Below are positions 9,525 through 17,796 of a stretch of 64,000 bases of DNA, piece by piece. Made by a program: the position numbers and the translations under genes. The stretch lies in the NCBI GenBank assembly GCA_964411375.1, contig CAYPKR010000001.1, forward strand, positions 422,831-486,830, given 5' to 3'. The first letter of the stretch is position 1; each line of letters starts with the position of its first letter. The notes under the pieces are model-generated. The model worked only from the letters and a program-made list of their open reading frames with translations. It made no database searches and was not told where the DNA came from. This DNA comes from an uncultured Candidatus Saccharibacteria bacterium (GTDB taxonomy: Bacteria; Patescibacteriota; Minisyncoccia; Phycocordibacterales; UBA12088).

Positions 9525-10955
9525 ATGAAAAGAATTCTCGGAAGCCTCACTGTCCTCACCGCCGTCGGGCTTCTTGCCATCGGTGCGACCGGAGCATTCT
9601 TCTCGGACTCGGAAGTCTCGAGCGCAAATACATTTGCCGCTGGAGCAATCGATCTCAAAATCGACAATCACGGTTACTATAATCACAACGAATGTAAGGA
9701 AGTAACCGCCGGAGTATTTCAGTGGGTTGGGCAAGCTGATTTCCCAGTCCCTGGAACTTCCTGCAGTGATTCGTGGAGTGTGACCGATCTTACGATCCAG
9801 AAGTTCTTCGATTTCACTGACATAAAGCCGGGCGATACCGGGGAAGATACAATTTCGCTTCATGTGAGCAACAACGACGCGTACATGTGCGCCAATGTGA
9901 AATTGACGTCAAACGACGACAATGGACTCACTGAACCGGAAGGGCAGATTGATCCAACTGATGGACCAGGAAATGGTGAACTCGCATCAAATGTAAACTT
10001 CGTGTGGTGGGCAGATGACGGCGACAATGTTCTTGAAGATAACGAAAAGGTTATCTCACAAGGACCAATCGGCGCGCTCGGATTAAACGGCTCGACAACC
10101 GTTCCGCTTGCCGACTCACAGAATAATATTTGGACGGGAACTCCAGGTCCGGTGCCGGGAGATCAAACACTCTACATCGGCAAAGCGTGGTGCTTTGGAA
10201 ACATCGGTGCTGCTCCTCTTGTACAAGATGGACTTGGCACGACGTCTCCACGCACTCCTGGAAATTCAACGGGTGGAATCACCTGCGATGGGCACTTGCT
10301 CGACAACTCAACGCAGACAGATAGTTTGACCGCAGATGTTACCTTTACCGCAGTTCAAGCTCGTCATAATTCTGATTTCCTCTGCACTCCACCAGTGCGC
10401 GAAAGTGGAGATTTGATCGTGACGAAAGTAGTCGTAAATAACAACGGCGGCAACAATGTCGTGAACGATTTCCATCTCTTTGTTGACGATGGATTTGTCT
10501 CGACTGCAATCATCTCTGGTGCAACGACTACGCTTCCTGCTGGAACATACAGCGTGAATGAAAGTGGAGATTCTGGTTACCAGGCTTCATTCTCCGGCGA
10601 TTGTGATCAAGATGGAAATGTTACGGTCACAAATGGTGGTGTAAAACATTGCACCATCACGAATACCGAACTTCCTGCGCACATCACGCTTACGAAAGTC
10701 GTGATTAATCATGGAGGAACGGCAACACCAAATTCCTTCACGATGCGCATTGATGGGGGTGCGAAAGTACCAAGTGGTTCATCAGTCGCTGTTACTTCAA
10801 ACGCACTTCACTCAATCAATGAAGATGCAAAGACGGGATATCACTTCGTCTCGATTACCGGCAGTCCAAAATGTCCGGCAGTCTTAGGCGGCACTGCAAT
10901 GCTTGATGAAGGTGAAACGATTTCGTGCACCATCACCAACGAGCAGAACCAATAG
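9525..10955 (+). CDS. TasA/camelysin-like secreted protein with a SipW-cognate signal (paralog 4) and two C-terminal CnaB/prealbumin-fold-like repeats.
   Basis: MKRILGSLTVLTAVGLLAIGATGAFFSDSEVSSANTFAAGAIDLKID. The C-terminus has two ~90 aa repeats (LIVTKVVVNNNGGNNVVNDFHLFVDDG...TYSVNESGDSGY and ITLTKVVINHGGTATPNSFTMRIDGG...GYHFVSITGSP). Confidence 0.65.
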   Translation: MKRILGSLTVLTAVGLLAIGATGAFFSDSEVSSANTFAAGAIDLKIDNHGYYNHNECKEVTAGVFQWVGQADFPVPGTSCSDSWSVTDLTIQKFFDFTDIKPGDTGEDTISLHVSNNDAYMCANVKLTSNDDNGLTEPEGQIDPTDGPGNGELASNVNFVWWADDGDNVLEDNEKVISQGPIGALGLNGSTTVPLADSQNNIWTGTPGPVPGDQTLYIGKAWCFGNIGAAPLVQDGLGTTSPRTPGNSTGGITCDGHLLDNSTQTDSLTADVTFTAVQARHNSDFLCTPPVRESGDLIVTKVVVNNNGGNNVVNDFHLFVDDGFVSTAIISGATTTLPAGTYSVNESGDSGYQASFSGDCDQDGNVTVTNGGVKHCTITNTELPAHITLTKVVINHGGTATPNSFTMRIDGGAKVPSGSSVAVTSNALHSINEDAKTGYHFVSITGSPKCPAVLGGTAMLDEGETISCTITNEQNQ

Positions 10956-10961
10956 ATTCAA

Positions 10962-12416
10962 ATGAAATTGATCTTCGCTACAATCCGATACTTGTTAATC
11001 GGAGGAGTCGTTCTCCTAACGCTCCTTCTTCTTGGCACACTCATGCCAATTCAAGGTGGGATAAAAGTGAAGATTGTGAAGTCTGGTTCGATGGAACCGA
11101 CGATTATGACGGGTTCGATTGTCATTATCAAACCCGAACCCGCATATTCGATCGGCGACATCATCACCTTCGGCAAAGATACCAAGACACAAATTCCGAC
11201 CACGCACCGCATTGTTGCGGTTTCGGGGTCGGGAGCATCGAGCGAGTTCCAAACAAAAGGGGACGCGAATGATGCTCCCGATCCGGTAGCAACTCGCATG
11301 AGTGATATTTCTGGAAAAGTAATTTTCCACGCATCCTACATCGGCTACATTCTTGATTTTGCGAGAAAGCCTCTCGGCTTCGCGCTTATTGTCGGCGTTC
11401 CAGCATTCGCAATCATTTTGGACGAGGTTATGAAGATAGTTGCAGAAGTCCGCCGTATGAGACGAGAGAAACGGAAAGCTGCTCCAGTTGTTCGTACAGA
11501 GGAAATTGCTCCGCCTCCACCACCACCAACTCCGCGCCGAAACGTTTCGTCTGATGGGATTATGAAAATGCAGCCTCCAGTTAGGGAGCCCGAGCATTTT
11601 CTAAAAACAGAACCGAAGGAGTCACATATATATGTAAAATCATTTACCGCAATGTTGTTTATTGTGGGTTCGCTTGCTGGAATTTCGTCAATCGGCGGGA
11701 CGAAAGCGTACTTCAATGATGTAGAAGTATCGATTGGCAATTTACTCAAAGCCGGACTCGTATCTCTCGTCATTTCAACCGACAATGATACCCTTGGTCG
11801 CGCCGCATTTGTACAAACACTCGATGCATCATCAAGCAACGAGACAAATAATGGAGAAACTCCCCCGAAGGAAGAATATGCAATTGGTAGTGATTTATTT
11901 TCAATCGATATTAATAAAGGAGATCAAAGTTTCCCACTGCAATATACGATTACACCAAAACTCGACGATGATGCGCCAAATGGTTGTAAGGAAATGACGC
12001 TTGAAGCATGGATCGGCGATTTTCACTGGAGTGGATTACTTACCGATTTCAATCTTCCTGCCACAACAACACTCGGACACCTGCAATTTTTGCTCACGAT
12101 TCCGGTACCAAATACACTCGCACCAAATGCTGAGTGTGGCGGCGCACTTATCTTCAAAGCCGGAATTGCCGGTGCACCGGATCCTTTGAAGCATGTATTT
12201 TCAGACACCAAAGAATATCGATTTGAAATTTTGAATAGTGAAACTACTCCAAGTGAGGAAGAAACTACAGAAGCGGATCAAGAATCTGGTAATCCAACCG
12301 AACCTAGTGCGTCCTCGAATGAGGCAGAAAATGCCAGCACTTCACCAGTCGGGGGAGAGGAAGCTCCCGCGGCAGAGGCAATTGATGGCTCTGTAGAGGC
12401 TCAAATAGAAGAATAA
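10962..12416 (+). CDS. sipW: Type I signal peptidase of the SipW (S26B, archaeal/ER-like) class. The same reading frame continues through a poly-Pro linker and a TM segment into a TasA-like domain.
   Basis: N-terminal TM segment, then KIVKSGSMEPTIMTGSIVIIKPEP (the catalytic Ser box, SGSMEPT) ...THRIVAV...KGDANDAPD (SipW C-box). After a second TM (PLGFALIVGVPAFAIIL) and PPPPPPTPRR, there is a third hydrophobic segment followed by GGTKAYFNDVEVSIGNLL, a SipW-cognate/TasA-like N-terminus. No stop codon separates the two parts. Confidence 0.7.
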   Translation: MKLIFATIRYLLIGGVVLLTLLLLGTLMPIQGGIKVKIVKSGSMEPTIMTGSIVIIKPEPAYSIGDIITFGKDTKTQIPTTHRIVAVSGSGASSEFQTKGDANDAPDPVATRMSDISGKVIFHASYIGYILDFARKPLGFALIVGVPAFAIILDEVMKIVAEVRRMRREKRKAAPVVRTEEIAPPPPPPTPRRNVSSDGIMKMQPPVREPEHFLKTEPKESHIYVKSFTAMLFIVGSLAGISSIGGTKAYFNDVEVSIGNLLKAGLVSLVISTDNDTLGRAAFVQTLDASSSNETNNGETPPKEEYAIGSDLFSIDINKGDQSFPLQYTITPKLDDDAPNGCKEMTLEAWIGDFHWSGLLTDFNLPATTTLGHLQFLLTIPVPNTLAPNAECGGALIFKAGIAGAPDPLKHVFSDTKEYRFEILNSETTPSEEETTEADQESGNPTEPSASSNEAENASTSPVGGEEAPAAEAIDGSVEAQIEE

Positions 12417-12498
12417 GGCGACGACAACCGACATAGTTGACTTTTTCTAATATTAGTTTTACTATGCTCGAAGCTCCAATACGCGGAGCCCCGGTTCA

Positions 12499-12942
12499 AT
12501 GAGAAAGAAGGGAATAGCGATAGTAGTCAGTATAACTGCGCTCGTAGCAGTTTTTATTTTGTATGTAGAGCGCAGCGCGCTGTACGCCACTTTGGATTCG
12601 CTTCACCTTATTCCTCACGAAGAACCGCTGACGGAGTTGTATTTTGAATCACCACTCCCGACGCTCCGCACCATCGGTGCAGATGATCGTACTTCGTTTT
12701 CTTTCACCATCCATAACTTGGAAGGAAGAGGAATGAACTACGAATATCACGTGTATGCGGTAACAACGAATGGTACGACGACCATTGAGCGCGGTTCGGT
12801 AAGTGTTCGAGCACTCGAATATGTTACGAGAAAGGAATCAATCCTTTTTGTAAAAGCGACACCGCAAGCAGAAATTTTTGTCGAATTACTTCCGCCGATC
12901 AATGAAATGATTCATTTCAAACTCATACGTACCGGCACATAA
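12499..12942 (+). CDS. Small membrane-anchored hypothetical protein.
   Basis: N-terminal TM IAIVVSITALVAVFILYV followed by a beta-rich soluble domain. No recognisable motifs. It sits at the head of the glycosyltransferase operon. Confidence 0.35.
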   Translation: MRKKGIAIVVSITALVAVFILYVERSALYATLDSLHLIPHEEPLTELYFESPLPTLRTIGADDRTSFSFTIHNLEGRGMNYEYHVYAVTTNGTTTIERGSVSVRALEYVTRKESILFVKATPQAEIFVELLPPINEMIHFKLIRTGT

Positions 12943-12969
12943 TTCCTTAATACTATTCAAAAAAATTGT

Positions 12970-13728
12970 ATGGCAGTTCCCCGCCAAAAAATTACCGCAC
13001 TCATCCCATGCTACAACGAAGCAGAGGGTATTAAATCTGTGATCGAAAGTTTTCCGCTCGCGGAACTCAATCAATATGGTTTTGATGTTGAAATCGTTAT
13101 TATCGATAATAATTCAACGGACGGTACCGCCGCGATTGCTCGCTCTCTTGGTGCAACAGTGATTCATGAGCCGAAAAAAGGAAAGGGAAATGCAATGCGC
13201 ACCGGATTTTTCTCAATATCTGATGACACGGATTTTGTCGTGATGCTCGACGGTGACGACACCTATCGTCCGGAAGAAATTCTTCGAATGGTTGAACCGC
13301 TTAAAGCTGGATTTGCCGATGTCATCATTGGATCTCGCCTCAGCGGTAAGATCAAAGAAGGTTCCATGAAAGGACTGAATCGTCTTGGCAACTGGACGTA
13401 TTCATTTTTAGTGCGCATTTTCTATCAAGTAAATGTCACAGACGTACTGACTGGATATTTTGCATGGAAAACAGAAGCACTTGAACGTCTTCGTCCACAT
13501 TTGCACTCCGAAGGTTTTGCAATCGAGATGGAAATGGTTACCAAAATGGCACGACTTGGCCAGGAAATCTATTCGGTACCAATCAGCTATCACCCACGTG
13601 CTGGCGAGAGTAACTTGAGCCCAATCTATGATGGTGCACGCATCATGACTATGTTCACCAAAAATCTCTTCTGGAGCCCTGTACCATGGAGATTCTTCCG
13701 TCCTCGCTTCTTCCGCAGGGGCGCCTAG
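12970..13728 (+). CDS. Family 2 glycosyltransferase, dolichyl-/polyprenyl-phosphate sugar transferase-like.
   Basis: ALIPCYNEAEGI, VIIDNNSTDGTAAIA and MLDGDDTY (DxD) motifs of GT2/GT-A. Confidence 0.75.
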   Translation: MAVPRQKITALIPCYNEAEGIKSVIESFPLAELNQYGFDVEIVIIDNNSTDGTAAIARSLGATVIHEPKKGKGNAMRTGFFSISDDTDFVVMLDGDDTYRPEEILRMVEPLKAGFADVIIGSRLSGKIKEGSMKGLNRLGNWTYSFLVRIFYQVNVTDVLTGYFAWKTEALERLRPHLHSEGFAIEMEMVTKMARLGQEIYSVPISYHPRAGESNLSPIYDGARIMTMFTKNLFWSPVPWRFFRPRFFRRGA

Positions 13729-13738
13729 AAGAAAGTGC

Positions 13739-15568
13739 ATGAAAATTGTTTCCGTATCACATTACTACACCCCGCATATCGGCGGACTCGAAATCGTCGC
13801 ACGTAAGTTGGCGCGCAGTTTGACTGCTTCCGGCCACGAGGTTTCGATTGTCACTTTTAAAACTGATCCTATTCCAAGCGTGTCAGTAGAAGAGGGCGTG
13901 ACTGTATATCGTGTTCGCGGTCTCAATTTTTTTGATACCTATTTTGGTATCCCGTTTCCAATTGGCGGAATCGGACTTTTTTCAAGACTCTTTCGTGAGA
14001 TACAAACTGCAGACGCGGTGCACCTCCATGATGTTTTTTATCAGTCGTCTTGGATCGCCTATTTTTTTGCCAGGCTTTTGGGAAAGCCGCTCATTCTGAC
14101 TCAACACGTTGGAATAGTTGAACATCCAAGCGCTATCGTTATGGGGATTCAGAAAGCAGTCTATCGCGCGATTGGACGAATGATTTTTGCGTTCGCTGAA
14201 ACTATTATTGTATACAACCGAAATGTCCGTACCTTCTTGGAAAAAGAAGGGGTGCCAACGGGGAAAATTATCGAACTTCGAAATGGAATCGACACGAATA
14301 CATTCTGTCCAATTGATAGAGCACTTCGAAAAGAGAAGCGTCAGGCGCTCGGGCTTCCCGCGGACCGTCCACTCGCGCTTTTTGTTGGTCGCTTTGTGCC
14401 GAAGAAAGGATTTACCGAAGTATATGGCGCGCGTGATCCAAAATATGATCTAGTTTTTGTTGGAAGTGGTAATTTTCCCGAGGAATACAAAAAAACTAAC
14501 GGTGTCTATTGTCTGGGACCAAAAAACCAAACAGAACTCGCTCTAATCTACCCGCTCGTCGATTTCTTTGTATTTCCTTCAAAAGGAGAAATGTTTACGC
14601 TGGTGATGCAGGAGGCGATGGCAGCAGGACTTCCTATTGTCACCACCAATGAACCTGGCTATGCGGAATATAATCTCGATCAAACACTTATCACATTTGT
14701 TGAGCCAAAAGCAGAATCTCTCAAAACGACAATGACTAAACTGGTTGATGATCCGGAACTGCTCCAAAAAATGGGTGCGTACTCGCGCGCACTTGCGGTT
14801 GAGCGATTTGATTGGGATACCAATATTAGTCCACTACTTTCAATCTATGCGGATATTGCCAAAAGAAAGAGGGTAATCGTTACGACAAGTTGGGACGATG
14901 GTCATATTCTTGATCTCAAGCTCGCAGATCTTCTTCGAAAATATTCCGTAGGTGGAACATTTTATATTTCGCCTCGCGATCATGAAATTATTCCGGAAAA
15001 GCGTCTCTCGAATGAGCAAATCAGAAGTCTCCTTCCGGATTTTGAAATTGGTGCGCACACGATGACCCATCGCCCGCTTCCAACTATTTCGGATGATGCG
15101 GCAAACGAGGAAATTATTACTTCCAAAAAATATCTTGAGGAAGTAATTGGAGGACCGGTCACGAGCTTTTGTTACCCACGCGGTGAATACACACCGACAC
15201 ATGCAATAATGACGAAGCAGGCCGGCTTTCACCTTTCGCGCACGGTTGCTCGTTTTTCATACGACACTGGTTCAAATCCATTTGAACTTCCGACTTCAGT
15301 TCATACGTACGATCACTTCTCTGATGTTTGGGGTGTACTTCGCCTTGCAAAATTCAATCCAATGCGTTTCTTGAAGTTGTATCGCAACTGGGAAGCACAA
15401 GCGATCGCTATGTTTGATGCAGTCTCAAAACGCGGCGGCATATTCCATTTGTGGGGACACAGTTGGGAAGTAGACGATCATAATGATTGGAATCGACTTG
15501 AGCGAGTACTTCAGTATGTCGGGGGCAGGGCGAATGTTTCGTATGTAGCGAACAGAGAACTGGTATGA
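13739..15568 (+). CDS. Bifunctional protein: GT4 glycosyltransferase fused to a polysaccharide deacetylase (NodB-homology) domain.
   Basis: The N-terminus is GT4-like (HYYTPHIGGLE ... EAMAAGLPIVTT). The C-terminal ~230 aa carry VIVTTSWDDGHILDLKLADLL (the NodB motif TxDDG) and HTMTHRPL (His-His metal site). Confidence 0.75.
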   Translation: MKIVSVSHYYTPHIGGLEIVARKLARSLTASGHEVSIVTFKTDPIPSVSVEEGVTVYRVRGLNFFDTYFGIPFPIGGIGLFSRLFREIQTADAVHLHDVFYQSSWIAYFFARLLGKPLILTQHVGIVEHPSAIVMGIQKAVYRAIGRMIFAFAETIIVYNRNVRTFLEKEGVPTGKIIELRNGIDTNTFCPIDRALRKEKRQALGLPADRPLALFVGRFVPKKGFTEVYGARDPKYDLVFVGSGNFPEEYKKTNGVYCLGPKNQTELALIYPLVDFFVFPSKGEMFTLVMQEAMAAGLPIVTTNEPGYAEYNLDQTLITFVEPKAESLKTTMTKLVDDPELLQKMGAYSRALAVERFDWDTNISPLLSIYADIAKRKRVIVTTSWDDGHILDLKLADLLRKYSVGGTFYISPRDHEIIPEKRLSNEQIRSLLPDFEIGAHTMTHRPLPTISDDAANEEIITSKKYLEEVIGGPVTSFCYPRGEYTPTHAIMTKQAGFHLSRTVARFSYDTGSNPFELPTSVHTYDHFSDVWGVLRLAKFNPMRFLKLYRNWEAQAIAMFDAVSKRGGIFHLWGHSWEVDDHNDWNRLERVLQYVGGRANVSYVANRELV

Positions 15569-17796
15569 GCACAGAAACCCGCACAATAGCGATCGTCTCC
15601 CCATACTTTCCGCCAGCCGCTGGCGGTCTTGAACGATATGCATCCGAGATTGCAAATCTTCTCCATACAGAACATGGATACCGCATCGTTGTCCTAACTT
15701 CAGGAGAAAAGGGAGGTGCGGATGTTCAAGAAGTAAGAGACGGCTATACGGTGTATCGACTCGGCTATTCGTTTAAAGTATCGAACACGCCGTTTTCATT
15801 CGCATGGTTTGGAAAGGTGCGACGAATTTTACAAAAAGAATCACCGGATGTTGTTCATATTCATACACCAGTTCCAGGAATCGGTGATATTGCCGCATTT
15901 TTTGCGCGAGTACCCGTTGTTGTGACCTATCACGCAAGTACCATGCGAAAAGGAAAGGGTAATAGTATCGTAAACATGATTATCGCGGGATACGAAAAGA
16001 TACTGCTTCCGTTTCTTCTTAGTAAGGCAGAAAAAATCATTTGCGCGTCCGACTTTATTCGCGACGACTTTCTCAGTGCATACAAAGAAAAAAGTATCAC
16101 TCTCACACCTGGTGTATATCCAGAGCATTTCACCCCAAACGCATTTTTGAAATCAAAATCACCAACTATTCTTTTTGTTGCTGGACGCATTGGCCGAACT
16201 GATACCTATAAAGGACTCGATACCCTTCTTGATGCGATGGCGCTCGTTTCAAAAAAGGTGCCAAGTGCACGGCTCGTTGTCGTTGGAGACGGCGACATGC
16301 TCTATGAATATGAAATGCGCGCAGAGCGACTCACCCCAGGCATTGTTTCCTTTACGGGTACGCTCCATGGAGAAATGTTGACGGCTGAATATCAAAAAGC
16401 ACATGTGCTTGCGCATCCATCGAGAAATGAAAGTTTCGGTATGGTTATTCTTGAAGCAATGGCGACCGAACTTCCCGTTGTCGCAACGAATGTCGGTGGA
16501 ATTCCAACGCTTCTTCAGGACGGAAAAACAGGTTTCCTCGTTCCTCCAGGTAATTCTGAAATGCTCGCCGAAAAATTGATCGAAGTACTTACTGATCATG
16601 AGCTTTCTGCCGCGCTTGGCAAAAACGGACGACTCCGTGCAATCGAAAACTATTCATGGAGTGGTCGCGCAACTACATATCACACTATATTTGAATCGTT
16701 CATTCGTCCGGAGATTGTGCATGCCGTCGGATATTATCCACCGCATATCGGTGGAATGGAGCGTGTCGCCGAAACCATCTCAAAACTTCTCGCAAAAGAT
16801 AATTGGCGAGTCCGTGTACTAACTTCGAACGGCTCACTTAGAGGTGAAGTGGAGCGGAGTGAAAACCTCGTCGTCAAAAGACTTGCGTCATTTGAGTTTG
16901 CACATACACCAATTGCACCAAGCCTTCCTTTTCACCTTTTTTCAATTTCAAAGAGAAGCATCATTCACCTACATCTCTCGCAGGCATTTTGGCCGGAATG
17001 GATTCTTCTTGTTTCAAAACTTCGGGGCATTCCGTACGTGCTACACCTGCATCTCGATGTAGCGCCGTCTGGCCCCCTTGGTCCACTCTTCCTCATCTAC
17101 AAAAAAATGATATGGGGTCCAGTAATCCGAAACGCATCGCTTGTTATCGCGTGTTCTGATGATCTTGCTCGTATGGCGGTCGAAGTATATGGAGCAAAGA
17201 AAACCAAACTTGAGATCATGCCAAACGCGGTAAATGATAATTTCTTTTCTGCTCGAGCCTATACGGTTCCTGCCGATCGTCTACGCTTGCTTTCAATTGG
17301 ACGACTTGCGCCACAGAAAAAAACAGAGCGTCTCGTCAAAATGATGCCGCTCCTCAAAATTCCCGCTGAATTAATTATTGCGGGAGACGGGGAAGATCGC
17401 GCTACGCTTGAGGCATTGGTTCGCGGCGAGAAAATTCCAAACGTCACATTTGTCGGTGAGAAAAATGATGCCGAGATGCGCGCTCTCCACGAGGCGGCAG
17501 ATGCATTTGTGATTGCGTCCGATAGGGAAGGACGTCCGCTCGCGGTTCTTGAAGCAATGGCGGCGGGGCTTCCCATTATTGCGTCTGATGTGGTAGGAAA
17601 TCATGAGCTCGTAGGGGGGGTAGGTATTCTTGTTTCTCCTCCAACCCCTGAAGCATTTGCGACCGCAATCAATACTCTTTGGCAAAATAAAGAGTCGTTG
17701 GAGACATTGTCGAAGCGAAGCGTAAAGCGGGCGAGTGAAGCAACGTGGGATTCGGTCATCCGACGTCTCGAAAATATATATACTACGCTCATATGA
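15565..17796 (+). CDS. Tandem double-GT4 glycosyltransferase.
   Basis: Two complete GT4 units, each ending in an EX7E-type donor motif region (EAMATELPVVATNVGG and EAMAAGLPIIASDVVG). The start overlaps the previous stop (ATGA). Confidence 0.75.
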   Translation: MSTETRTIAIVSPYFPPAAGGLERYASEIANLLHTEHGYRIVVLTSGEKGGADVQEVRDGYTVYRLGYSFKVSNTPFSFAWFGKVRRILQKESPDVVHIHTPVPGIGDIAAFFARVPVVVTYHASTMRKGKGNSIVNMIIAGYEKILLPFLLSKAEKIICASDFIRDDFLSAYKEKSITLTPGVYPEHFTPNAFLKSKSPTILFVAGRIGRTDTYKGLDTLLDAMALVSKKVPSARLVVVGDGDMLYEYEMRAERLTPGIVSFTGTLHGEMLTAEYQKAHVLAHPSRNESFGMVILEAMATELPVVATNVGGIPTLLQDGKTGFLVPPGNSEMLAEKLIEVLTDHELSAALGKNGRLRAIENYSWSGRATTYHTIFESFIRPEIVHAVGYYPPHIGGMERVAETISKLLAKDNWRVRVLTSNGSLRGEVERSENLVVKRLASFEFAHTPIAPSLPFHLFSISKRSIIHLHLSQAFWPEWILLVSKLRGIPYVLHLHLDVAPSGPLGPLFLIYKKMIWGPVIRNASLVIACSDDLARMAVEVYGAKKTKLEIMPNAVNDNFFSARAYTVPADRLRLLSIGRLAPQKKTERLVKMMPLLKIPAELIIAGDGEDRATLEALVRGEKIPNVTFVGEKNDAEMRALHEAADAFVIASDREGRPLAVLEAMAAGLPIIASDVVGNHELVGGVGILVSPPTPEAFATAINTLWQNKESLETLSKRSVKRASEATWDSVIRRLENIYTTLI

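Noticed and set aside
11016-11839. 193 aa and 164 aa ORFs on the - strand.
   Set aside because: They are antisense to the SipW fusion gene, whose sense-strand motifs (SGSMEPT etc.) are unambiguous.
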